Under the pieces are notes generated by a model. That model worked only from the letters and a program-made list of their open reading frames with translations. It ran no database searches and was not told the DNA's origin. Source: an uncultured Actinomycetota bacterium (GTDB taxonomy: Bacteria > Actinomycetota > Actinomycetes > Actinomycetales > Microbacteriaceae). Taken from it: a stretch of DNA of 64,000 bases. A program made the position numbers and the translations under genes. The stretch is taken from NCBI GenBank assembly GCA_963750955.1, contig CAVVSI010000006.1, positions 8,548 through 72,547 of the forward strand, in the 5' to 3' direction. This document shows, piece by piece, positions 48,423 to 57,406 of this stretch. The first letter of the stretch is position 1. Each line of letters begins with the position of its first letter.

Positions 48423-49226
48423 GTGATCGACAAGACCGTGCCCGACACCGCGGCGGCCGTCGCGGGTATCGCCGACGGCTCGACCGTGATGATGGGCGGC
48501 TTCGGGCGCGCCGGCCAGCCCGTCGAGCTGATCGACGCGATCATCGCGCAGGGCGCGACAGACCTCACGATCGTCGCCAACAACGCCGGCAACGGCGACA
48601 CCGGTCTCGCCGCGCTCCTGGCCGCGGGCCGCGTGCGCAAGGTCATCTGCTCGTTTCCGCGCCAGCACGACTCCTGGGTGTTCGACCGGCTCTACCGGGC
48701 GGGCGAGATCGAGCTCGAGATCGTGCCGCAGGGCAACCTCGCCGAGCGGATCCGCGCGGCGGGGGCCGGCATCGGAGCGTTCTTCTCGCCGACCGGCGTG
48801 GGCACCGAGCTCGCCGCGGGCAAGGAGGCACGCACGATCGATGGCCGCGACTACGTGCTGGAGTATCCGATCCGCGCCGACGTCGCCCTGATCAGCGCGC
48901 TCAAGGGCGACCGCTGGGGCAACCTCGTGTACCGCGAGACCGCGCGCAACTTCGGGCCGATCATGGCGTCGGCAGCGACCACCACGATCGTGCAGGTCGA
49001 TGAGATCGTGCCGCTCGGCTCGCTCGACCCCGAGGCGATCGTCACCCCCGGCATCTTCGTCGACCGCGTGGTGGCGGTCGGCGAGCGCATCTGGCTCCAG
49101 GACGGCGTCTTCGTCGGGGGTGTCGATCTCGAGGGTCGGCCGCTCGCCGACACTTCGACAGGCTCAGGGAGTTCGACAGGCTCAGGGAGTCCGGCAGGCT
49201 CAGGCACCAAGGAGGTCGACCAGTGA
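48423..49226 (+). CDS. pcaI: 3-oxoadipate:succinyl-CoA transferase subunit A with a Gly/Ser-repeat C-terminal extension
   Basis: GTG 48423 after GGAGG. ...GGFGRAGQPVELIDA.... The tail is encoded by 3 x 18-bp repeats. Confidence 0.85.
   Translation: MIDKTVPDTAAAVAGIADGSTVMMGGFGRAGQPVELIDAIIAQGATDLTIVANNAGNGDTGLAALLAAGRVRKVICSFPRQHDSWVFDRLYRAGEIELEIVPQGNLAERIRAAGAGIGAFFSPTGVGTELAAGKEARTIDGRDYVLEYPIRADVALISALKGDRWGNLVYRETARNFGPIMASAATTTIVQVDEIVPLGSLDPEAIVTPGIFVDRVVAVGERIWLQDGVFVGGVDLEGRPLADTSTGSGSSTGSGSPAGSGTKEVDQ
49154..49207 (+). repeat. 3 x 18-bp tandem repeat inside the pcaI 3' end
   Basis: TTCGACAGGCTCAGGGAG x2, then TCCGGCAGGCTCAGGCAC. Confidence 0.85.
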
Positions 49227-49873
49227 GCACCCGCATCAGCCGCGACGAACTCGCCCAGCGCATCGCCGCCGACATCCGCGAGGGGTCGTACGTGAACCTC
49301 GGCATCGGCGCGCCCACGCTCGTGGCCAACTTCCTGCCCGACGACCAGGAGATCATCCTCCACACCGAGAACGGCCTGCTCGGCATGGGCCAGGCGCCGG
49401 ATGCGGCGCACGTCGACCCGGATCTCATCAACGCCGGCAAGCAGGCCGTGACCGCGCTGCCCGGCGCCGCGTACTTCCACCACGCCGACTCGTTCGCGAT
49501 GATGCGCGGCGGACACCTGGATGTCTGCGTGCTCGGCGCGTTCCAGGTATCGCAGACCGGTGATCTGGCCAACTGGTCGACCGGCGCGCCCGGCGCGATC
49601 CCGGCGGTGGGCGGGGCCATGGATCTCGCGATCGGCGCCAAGGCCGTCTACGTGATGACCGATCTGCTCACCAAGACGGGGGATTCCAAGCTCGTCGCCG
49701 CGTGCACCTACCCGCTCACCGGGGTCGGCTGCGTGACCCGCGTCTACACCGACCACGCGGTCTTCGACGTGACTCCCGACGGCTTCGCCGTGCGCGAAGC
49801 GTTCGGCGAGAACACCGTCGCGTCGCTGGCCGCGCTGACCGGCTTGACACTGGCTTCCGCAGAGGGGAACTGA
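49223..49873 (+). CDS. pcaJ: 3-oxoadipate:succinyl-CoA transferase subunit B
   Basis: GTGA overlap with pcaI. ...LHTENGLLGMG... (active-site Glu motif). Confidence 0.9.
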   Translation: MSTRISRDELAQRIAADIREGSYVNLGIGAPTLVANFLPDDQEIILHTENGLLGMGQAPDAAHVDPDLINAGKQAVTALPGAAYFHHADSFAMMRGGHLDVCVLGAFQVSQTGDLANWSTGAPGAIPAVGGAMDLAIGAKAVYVMTDLLTKTGDSKLVAACTYPLTGVGCVTRVYTDHAVFDVTPDGFAVREAFGENTVASLAALTGLTLASAEGN

Positions 49874-49874
49874 C

Positions 49875-51044
49875 ATGACCGCATCCTTCGTCTACGACGC
49901 CGTCCGCACACCTTTCGGCCGGGCCGGCGGCGCGCTGTCGGGCGTCCGGCCCGACGACCTCGCCGCGATCGTGATGCGAGCCAGCGTCGAGCGTACGGGC
50001 ATCGATCCCGCCCGCATCGAGGACGTGATCTTCGGAGACGCGAACCAGGCCGGCGAAGACAACCGCAACGTCGCGCGCTTCGGCGCGCTGCTCGCGGGGT
50101 TCCCCACGACGGTTCCCGGCGCGACCGTGAACCGGCTGTGCGGCTCGTCGGTCGAGGCCGTGATCCAGGGCTCGCGCGCGATCGAGGCGGGGGATGCCGA
50201 CATCATCCTCGCCGGCGGCGTCGAGTCGATGAGCCGCGCCCCGTTCGTCGTCGAGAAGTCCTCCAAGCCCTGGCCGGCGGTCGGAAACCAGACGATGTGG
50301 AACACGTCGATCGGGTGGCGGATGACGAATCCCGCGCTGCCCCACGAGTGGACGATCTCGAACGGCCAATCGGCCGAGAAGCTGGCGCAGATCTACGGGA
50401 TCTCGCGCGACGCCCAGGACGCCTTCGCCCTGCGCAGCCACGCGCTCGCCGCTCGCGCCTGGGAGGACGGAGCCTACGCCGGCGAGATCGTCCAGGTCGA
50501 CGGTCACGAGCTCGCGATGGACGAGGGCATCCGCGTCGACACGACGCTCGAGAAGCTCGGCGGCTTGCGCGCCCTGTTCGCGAAGGACGGCACCGTGACG
50601 GCGGGCAACTCGTCGTCGATCAACGACGGCGCCTCGGCGATCCTGCTGGCCGGCGAAGGCGTGCTCGAGCGCGATCCGCTCGCGCGCATCGCGGGCCGTG
50701 CGGCTTTCGGCAACGACCCTGATGTGTTCGGCGTCGCCCCCGTCGAGGCCGCCAACCGCGCGCTCGCCCGTGCCGGCCGGACGTGGGCCGACGTGGATCT
50801 CGTCGAGCTCAACGAAGCGTTCGCGTCGCAGAGTCTTGCCTGCCTGCAGCTGTGGCCTGAGCTCGACCCCGAGAAGGTCAATATCCATGGCGGTGCCATC
50901 GCCATCGGGCACCCGCTCGGAGCCTCCGGCGGACGCATCATCGGCCACGCGGCGCACGAGCTGGCCCGCCGCGGCGGCGGAGTCGCGGTCGCGGCGCTCT
51001 GCATCGGCGTGGGCCAGGGGCTCGCGGTCGTCCTGGAGCGGTGA
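49875..51044 (+). CDS. pcaF: 3-oxoadipyl-CoA thiolase
   Basis: VNRLCGSS, GGAIAIGHPLGASG, CIGVGQG. Confidence 0.9.
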   Translation: MTASFVYDAVRTPFGRAGGALSGVRPDDLAAIVMRASVERTGIDPARIEDVIFGDANQAGEDNRNVARFGALLAGFPTTVPGATVNRLCGSSVEAVIQGSRAIEAGDADIILAGGVESMSRAPFVVEKSSKPWPAVGNQTMWNTSIGWRMTNPALPHEWTISNGQSAEKLAQIYGISRDAQDAFALRSHALAARAWEDGAYAGEIVQVDGHELAMDEGIRVDTTLEKLGGLRALFAKDGTVTAGNSSSINDGASAILLAGEGVLERDPLARIAGRAAFGNDPDVFGVAPVEAANRALARAGRTWADVDLVELNEAFASQSLACLQLWPELDPEKVNIHGGAIAIGHPLGASGGRIIGHAAHELARRGGGVAVAALCIGVGQGLAVVLER

Positions 51045-51051
51045 CTCGGCT

Positions 51052-51135
51052 GTGCAGAACTCCACCGATCCGGTGCGGGACAGCATGGTGTCGGCCGCAA
51101 GCGGCGGATCCGCCGCCGTTTCGGTGGAGTTCTGC
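51052..51135 (+). terminator. large compound hairpin after pcaF
   Basis: TGCAGAACTCCACCGA (51052-51067) / TCGGTGGAGTTCTGCA (51120-51135): perfect 16-bp arms. The loop contains the palindrome GGCGGATCCGCC. Confidence 0.5.
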
Positions 51136-51161
51136 AGCGGCGGGGTTACGGCGGTGACCTC

Positions 51162-51933
51162 GTGAGCGACCGCGCCGACGGCGACTTCGTGCAGTCGCTC
51201 GCGCGCGGGCTCGCGGTGATCCGCGCGTTCGACGCCGAGCACCCGGAGCTCACCCTCAGCGACGTCGCCCGGCGCGCCGGAATCACACGCGCCGCGGCCC
51301 GCCGGTTCCTGCTCACCCTCGGATCGCTCGGCTACGTCCGCGCCGACGACCGGTCCTTCTCCCTCACCCCGCGGGTCCTCGAGCTCGGCTTCAGCTACCT
51401 GTCGTCCCTTTCGCTGCCCGAGATCGTCCAACCGCACCTCGAAGCGCTTTCGCGCGAAGTCGACGAGAGCGTCTCGGCCGCAGTGCTGGACGGGCCGGAC
51501 ATCGTCTACATCGCCCGCGTCCCCACCCGCCGCATCATGAGCGTCCGCATCACGATCGGCACGCGGTTCCCGGCGTTCGCGACGAGCATGGGCCGCGTCC
51601 TGCTGGCCGGTCTGCCGGATGCCGCCGTGGATGCCGCGCTCGCGGCATCCGACATCGCCCGCCTGACCGACCGCACGGTGACGGACCCCGACAAGCTGCG
51701 CGCCGAGCTGGATGCGCGTGCGCGCGCAGGGCTGGTCTGTCGTCGACGGGGAGCTCGAGCCCGGCCTGCGCTCCATCGCGGCGCCGCTGCACGCGCGCGA
51801 CGGGCGCGTCGTCGCGGCGGTCAACGTGTCGACCAGCGCGACGCGCGACTCCGTGGAGCATCTGCTCGACGCGTATCGCCCGCCGCTGCTGCGGACGGCC
51901 GGCGCGATCGACGCCGAGCTGCGCCTCGTCTGA
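51162..51933 (+). pseudogene. pcaR: IclR-family regulator (PcaR-like), 1-nt frame shift
   Basis: GTG 51162. ...FVQSLARGLAVIRAF...LTLSDVARRAGITRAAARRFLLTL.... The frame is lost after ...KLRAELDA. The C-terminus VRAQGWSVVDGELEPGLRSIAAPL... is in ORF 51712..51933. They join if one C near 51715-51718 is removed. Confidence 0.8.
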
Positions 51934-52000
51934 TCGGCGCATTCGTCGCGCTTAGGCGCACATCACACCTACTTATGCATGAAAGCGACTATTTGAGGTA

Positions 52001-52014
52001 CCGTGGAACCACGG
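52001..52014. promoter_or_regulatory. CCGTGG-AA-CCACGG inverted repeat in the AT-rich region upstream of the deglycosidase-like genes
   Basis: 6-bp arms next to TTATGCATGAAAG, the only low-GC stretch between pcaR and 52087. Confidence 0.3.
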
Positions 52015-52086
52015 CGTGAGGACGCGCCGTCTGGCCGCGGTCGTCACGATCGCCGCGGTCGCCACTTCTGCAGAGAGCTCCCCTTC

Positions 52087-53388
52087 ATGCTCCTCGAAAG
52101 AGACCTCATCCAGTCCGTCGGCTTCCGCAATGTGCGCGAGAACGGAGAGATCACCGGCTTCCAGCTGCGGGTGCGCATGCCGTCCTATCGCGGGATGGCG
52201 GCGTCCCTCATCGACGGCATCGCAGTCAAGGTCGGCGATCTCGTCGACGTCGCGGCGGACGTGCCGCTGTGGACGCTCCAGGGAAACACCTACACCCTGC
52301 AGCAGCTCTGGGACGGCGACGATGTCCGCTGGCCGCTGGAGGAAGCCGCGATCGTCACGGTGCCGCACCCGGGCGGTCTGCCGGACGGGGTGCACGAAGT
52401 GTCGATCGAGCTCCGACTGCGCATGTCGTACATCCCGGTCGAGCACCAGCCGTCGACCTACAACGTCACCAAGCACGTCACCCTGTCTCCCGAAGCCGAT
52501 GGCGCTCCCTTCAAGTACGGCGTTTCCCTCTACAGCTTCATGACCGACTACGGCACCGTGCTCGACCTCGAGACCGCGATGGCCGGCATCGCCGACATCG
52601 GGGCGACCGGCATCGAGATCCTCGGCGAGGGGCACATCCCGGGCTATCCGAACCCCTCGCAAGAGTGGGTGGACGACTGGTTCCGCCTGCTGGAGAAGTA
52701 CGGCCTCGAGCCCACGAACTACGGCTCCTGGATCGACACCCGCCTGCACTCCAGCGGTCCGAACGGGCGCGACATGTCCGTCGACGAGGGTGCCGCGGCG
52801 CTCCAGCGCGACCTGCGGCTGGCCAAGCGGCTCGGCTTCCGGTTCGTCCGGCCGAAGATCGGCGTCATCACGAGCGACCTGGTGCCGCATCCGATCTGGA
52901 CCGAGGTCGTCGAAGCGTCCCTGCCGCTGGCGGAGGAGCTCGATGTGATCATCTGCCCCGAGATCCACTCGCCCACCCCGATCAAGCACGAGGTCGTCGA
53001 CGAGTACATCGAGTTCATCAAGCGCACCGGAACCAAGCACTTCGGCATCCTCATCGACACCGGCATCTTCCAGGACCGCCCGATCCCGCTGCGACCCGGC
53101 GAACTGCCCGGCCGTCGCCCGGCGTTCCTGGACGGCATCGGCGTCGACCCGGCCGACTTCGCCGACGTCGCCGAGCATGTCGTGTTCGTCCAGGCGAAGT
53201 TCCACGACATCGACGAGAACCTCGAAGACCAGCAGATCCCGTGGGAGCCCGTGCTGCGCGCCATCCGCGACGCCGGCTACACCGGCTACCTCTCCAGCGA
53301 GTACGAAGGCGAACGCGAACCCTGGCGCTCGATCGAGCAGGTCCGCCGCCACCACTCGCTCATGCGCCAGGTCGCCGACGGGCTCTGA
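52087..53388 (+). CDS. fused small-subunit/TIM-barrel protein resembling C-glycoside deglycosidase (DgpB-type domain plus DgpC-type xylose-isomerase-like domain), copy 1
   Basis: 433 aa from ATG 52087. N-terminal ~130 aa ...GFQLRVRMPSYRGMAASLIDGIAVKVGD...ELRLRMSYIPV. Then the TIM barrel ...GATGIEILGEGH..., ...FVQAKFHDID..., ...GYTGYLSSEYEG. Confidence 0.65.
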   Translation: MLLERDLIQSVGFRNVRENGEITGFQLRVRMPSYRGMAASLIDGIAVKVGDLVDVAADVPLWTLQGNTYTLQQLWDGDDVRWPLEEAAIVTVPHPGGLPDGVHEVSIELRLRMSYIPVEHQPSTYNVTKHVTLSPEADGAPFKYGVSLYSFMTDYGTVLDLETAMAGIADIGATGIEILGEGHIPGYPNPSQEWVDDWFRLLEKYGLEPTNYGSWIDTRLHSSGPNGRDMSVDEGAAALQRDLRLAKRLGFRFVRPKIGVITSDLVPHPIWTEVVEASLPLAEELDVIICPEIHSPTPIKHEVVDEYIEFIKRTGTKHFGILIDTGIFQDRPIPLRPGELPGRRPAFLDGIGVDPADFADVAEHVVFVQAKFHDIDENLEDQQIPWEPVLRAIRDAGYTGYLSSEYEGEREPWRSIEQVRRHHSLMRQVADGL

Positions 53389-53426
53389 GCCGCGGCATCC
53401 GACAACGACGACGAAGGAATCACACC

Positions 53427-54904
53427 ATGCCCAACGGACTCATCCAGGACGACAGCCTGCGCGTCCACCCCGAGGGTCTCGCGCTCTCGCTCACCCTGCC
53501 CTGGTACCGCAGCCTGTGGCTGTCGTCGGTCTCCTCGCTCCAGCTCACGGTCGACGGGATCGAGATCCCGGCCGAGGACCTGGCGTTCGAGTTGAAGGGC
53601 GTGCGGTACTCGCTCGACGAGCTGCCGCAGCAGAGCGAGGTGCTCTGGTACCTGCAGGAGCACCCGCTGCTGATCGCCGCTCGCGTGACACGCCGATCGA
53701 GCTCGGTGAGACCCACGAGGTGCGCCTGGTCGGCCAGCTGCGCCTGCCGTACATGCAGATCGCTCCGGGTGAGGACGGCGGGCCCGGCATGTACGTGCCC
53801 AACTTCGTGAACCAGACCCTGACGCTGACTGCGACCGATCGCGACGCGCCGGCGCCGGCACTGGTGACGGATGTGGCGGCTCCGCCGCCGGCGACGGATG
53901 CCGACCCCTTCAAGCTCGGCCTCACGCTCTACTCCGCCAGCGCCGAGTTCCGCGCCGGCTGGTACGACTTCGACAGCCTGCTCGCGCGGGTGGCGGAGCT
54001 CGGGATCGGCCCCGGCATCGAGATCGTGGCATCGCAGGCGCTGCCGACCTACCCGCACGTGTCGGAGGAGTTCGTCCGCAACTGGCGCGCCGCGTTCGAC
54101 AAGTACGGCTTCGACGAGAGCTCGTTCGGCGCCAACCTCGACATGGGTCGCCGTCGCGACCGCGACATGACCGACGACGAGGAGTTCGAGTTCAGCGAGC
54201 TCATGTTCCAGGGAGCCAAGAAGCTCGGCTTCCCGCTCGTGCGGATCCAGAGCGCGAAGCCCGGGCTGCTGCGGCGACTGCTCCCGGTCGCCGAGAAGCT
54301 GAACCTGAAGCTGGCTTACGAGATCCACGCTCCCATGGGTCCGAACGCGCCCGCGGTGCTCAAGGTTCGCGAGACGTACGCCGAGCTCGACTCGCCGCTG
54401 CTCGGATTCGTCGCGGACTTCTCGTCCACGATGCACAGCATGTCGCCGACCCTGCTGCGCGCGGTGCAGCGCGCCGGACTCGACGACGAGGCCCTCGCGA
54501 AGCTGCAGGCGATCTGGGCGACGGATGCCTCGATGCAGGAGCGCCAGCAGGAGTTCATCGGCTACCTCAAGAGCCGCGACTTCGACCCCGGGCGCCTGGG
54601 ATCCTTCGCGCACCTCGCGTTCAACATGCACGGGCACGTCGCTCCGCAGGAGTGGGCCGACATCATGCCGCAGATCCTGCACGTCCACGCGAAGTTCTAC
54701 GACATCGACGAGACCGGCCAGGAGCCGGCGATCGACTATCCCGAACTGGTGCGGGTCTTCGTCGAGGGCGGCTACCGCGGCTACTGGTCCAGCGAGTGGG
54801 AGGGGCACGCGTTCGCCGAACTCGGCGAGGTCGACCCTCTCATGCTCGTGCGCAAGCAGCATGACCTCATCCGGCGCTCGATGCGGGAGCTGCAGCCGGC
54901 ATGA
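53427..54904 (+). pseudogene. second fused C-glycoside-deglycosidase-like gene, -1 frame break
   Basis: ATG 53427 after GAAGGAA. ...LTLPWYRSLWLSSVSSLQLTVDGIEI...LLIAAR, then a frame change at ~53681-53688 to DTPIELGETHEVRLVGQLRLPYMQI...HVHAKFYDID...GYRGYWSSEWEG. Needs +1 nt (or -2) to restore. Confidence 0.65.
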
Positions 54905-55828
54905 CGGACGCAGAGACGGCGGCTCCGCCGGACTTCCGGCGCATGCCCGTCGCGGATGCCATCCGCTGGCTCGCCGAGAACGGTGAGCCCGCCGACCCGC
55001 GCACCGACATCGACACGGCGTCGCTGCGGCGCCGGTTCCCGCGCCTCGCGTCCGTCGAGACCGCCGACATCCGTATCGACGGACCGCGCGGCAGGCTCGT
55101 CCCGGCGAGGCTGTATCGGGATGCCGCGGCGCCGTCATCCGGTCGCGCCCTCATCTGGGTGCACGGCGGCGCGTTCATCGGCGGTCACCTCGACATGCCC
55201 GAGTCGAACTGGGTCGCGCTCGAGCTGGCTGCGCGGGGCATTCCCGTGCTCGCCGTGGACTACGTGAAGTGCCTGGGCGACGTGCACTTCCCCGCGCCGT
55301 CGGACGACGTCCTGGCGGCGTGGCGGCACGCGCTCGAACACGCGGCCGAGTTGTTCGGCGTCGGTCCCGACGCCGTCGTCCTCGGCGGCGCGAGCGCCGG
55401 TGGAAACCTCACGGCCGGTGCCGTGGCGCGGCTGCGGGATGCCGGCGAGCCGGTGCCCGCCGGGCTCGTGCTCGTGTATCCCTCGGTCCACCCCAACGGT
55501 CCGGACGCCTCGGCAGAGGTGGACACCACTTCGCCGCACGGGCAGCTCGCCATGAACTTCGCAGGCACCGAGGACGGGCTGCGCAACCCTTACGCCTTCG
55601 CCGCGCTCGGCCCCGCGGCGGGCTTCCCCCGACCCTGGTCGTGGTGTGCGAGCACGACGAACTTCGCCCTTCCGGGGAGGCCTTCGCCGCTCTGCTCGAC
55701 CGGGCGGTGTCGAGGTCACGCTCCACCTGGAGCCGGGCGCCGACCACGGCCACATCAACGAGCCGTCCGATCCGACCGCTCTGCCGACGATCGAGGCGAT
55801 CGCCGAATGGATCGGCGCGCACGCGTGA
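54901..55828 (+). pseudogene. alpha/beta-hydrolase-fold-3 (HSL-type) esterase, two 1-nt deletions
   Basis: WVHGGAFIGG (HGG oxyanion motif), GGASAGGNL (GxSxG). Frame breaks at the C5 run 55626-55630 (would read GFPPTLVVVCEHDELRPSGEAF) and at GG 55706-55707 (..LLDRAGVEVTLHLEPGADHGH..). Ends at TGA 55826-55828. Confidence 0.75.
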
Positions 55829-57309
55829 GCGCAGCCGGAACGTTCACCAACCCGATCCTGCCGGGCGACCGGCCCGACCCGGCCCTCATCAAAGTCGGCG
55901 ACGAGTACTGGATGACCTACTCGTCCTTCGAGGCGGCCCCCGGACTGCTGCTGTACCGCTCCACCGACCTCGTGAACTGGACGTACGAGACCGCCGCCCT
56001 GCCGAGCCCGGTCGGCAACACCTTCGCGGTCGACATCGCCGAGCACGAGGGACGCTTCTTCATCTACATCCCGTTCATCCCCACGCCCTGGTCGACGCTG
56101 ACGGATGCGTCCATCTTCGTCATCCACGCGCCCTCGATGAGCGGCCCGTGGTCGGAGCCGATCGATCTCGGCATCCGCGGGGTGATCGATCCCGGCCACG
56201 TCGTCGGCGAGGACGGGCGACGGTACCTGTTCGTCAGCGGCGTGCGCCGCATCCGTCTGACCGACGACGGCTTGTCGACGATCGGCGAGCTGGAGCACGT
56301 GTACGACGGCTGGCGCTACCCCGACGACTGGGTCACCGAGGCGTACGCGCTCGAGGGGCCGAAGCTGTTCCGCAAGGACGGCTGGTTCTATCTCGTGAGC
56401 GCGGTCGGCGGCACCGCCGGCCCGCCGACCGGGCACATGGTGATCGTGGCGCGCTCGCGGTCGGTGCACGGTCCGTGGGAGAACCACCCGCGCAACCCGA
56501 TCGCCAGAACGACGGACGCCGCGGAACGCTGGTGGTCACGCGGCCATGCGACGCTCGTCCCCGGACCCGGGTCCGATACCAGTGACGATGACTGGTGGAT
56601 GGTCTCGCACGGGTACGAGAACGGCTACCGCACCCTCGGTCGGCAGATCCTGCTGGAGCCGATCCGGTGGACGGAGGACGGCTGGCCCGAGACCGTGATC
56701 GCCGATCCGGGCGGGCAGATCGCCGCACCGCGCGGCGCCGTGGCGCAGCATCCGTCATCGGAGTTCGTGGACGATTTCTCGACGCTGCTCCTCGGCGAGC
56801 GGTGGGCGTTCCACGCGCCAGGTCCGGGCGAAGCCGCTCGCATCCGCATCGGTGACGGGCTGGTGATGGCAGGCAAGGGCACGTCGCCCTCCGACACATC
56901 CCCGCTCGCGATCCTGACCGGCGACCATTCCTACGAGATCGAGGTCGAGGTCGAGCTCGCGTCGGCGGGCACCGAGGCGGGGCTGCTGCTCTTCTTCAAC
57001 AACCGGCTGTACTGCGGCATGGGCATCGACGGGGAACGGATGCTGAGCTATTCGGGCGGCATCCGCACGCACTGGCGCGAGCCGGCACCGGCGACCGACC
57101 GGATCACGCTGCGCATCCGCAACGAGGAGCACATCGTGACCGGCTGGTACCGCGTGCCCGGCGGTGAGTGGACCCGTCACGCGATCCGCTACGAGACCTC
57201 CGGCTATCACGCGAACACGACCGGCGACCTGCTCAGCCTGCGCCCGGCGCTCTACGCGGCCGGCGAAGGCAGCGCGCGGTTCCGCGACTTCCGCTACCGC
57301 CCGCTCTGA
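55825..57309 (+). CDS. GH43 glycoside hydrolase (beta-xylosidase/alpha-L-arabinofuranosidase type) with a C-terminal beta-sandwich
   Basis: GTG 55825 overlaps the esterase stop. FTNPILPGDRPDPALIKVGDEYWMTYSSFE.... Confidence 0.8.
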   Translation: MSAAGTFTNPILPGDRPDPALIKVGDEYWMTYSSFEAAPGLLLYRSTDLVNWTYETAALPSPVGNTFAVDIAEHEGRFFIYIPFIPTPWSTLTDASIFVIHAPSMSGPWSEPIDLGIRGVIDPGHVVGEDGRRYLFVSGVRRIRLTDDGLSTIGELEHVYDGWRYPDDWVTEAYALEGPKLFRKDGWFYLVSAVGGTAGPPTGHMVIVARSRSVHGPWENHPRNPIARTTDAAERWWSRGHATLVPGPGSDTSDDDWWMVSHGYENGYRTLGRQILLEPIRWTEDGWPETVIADPGGQIAAPRGAVAQHPSSEFVDDFSTLLLGERWAFHAPGPGEAARIRIGDGLVMAGKGTSPSDTSPLAILTGDHSYEIEVEVELASAGTEAGLLLFFNNRLYCGMGIDGERMLSYSGGIRTHWREPAPATDRITLRIRNEEHIVTGWYRVPGGEWTRHAIRYETSGYHANTTGDLLSLRPALYAAGEGSARFRDFRYRPL

Positions 57310-57320
57310 CGGTCCGCCGA

Positions 57321-57393
57321 CCGCGAGACTGGATAGGCGCCGCGAGACCGAGGCGAACGCACCACGTCTCGTGCCGCATATCCCGTCTCGCGG
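57321..57393. repeat. 73-bp nested-hairpin repeat, copy B
   Basis: CCGCGAGACTG-N8-CCGCGAGACCG-N15-GTCTCGTGC-N10-GTCTCGCGG. Confidence 0.8.
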
Positions 57394-57406
57394 GTAGAGG
57401 GCACCC

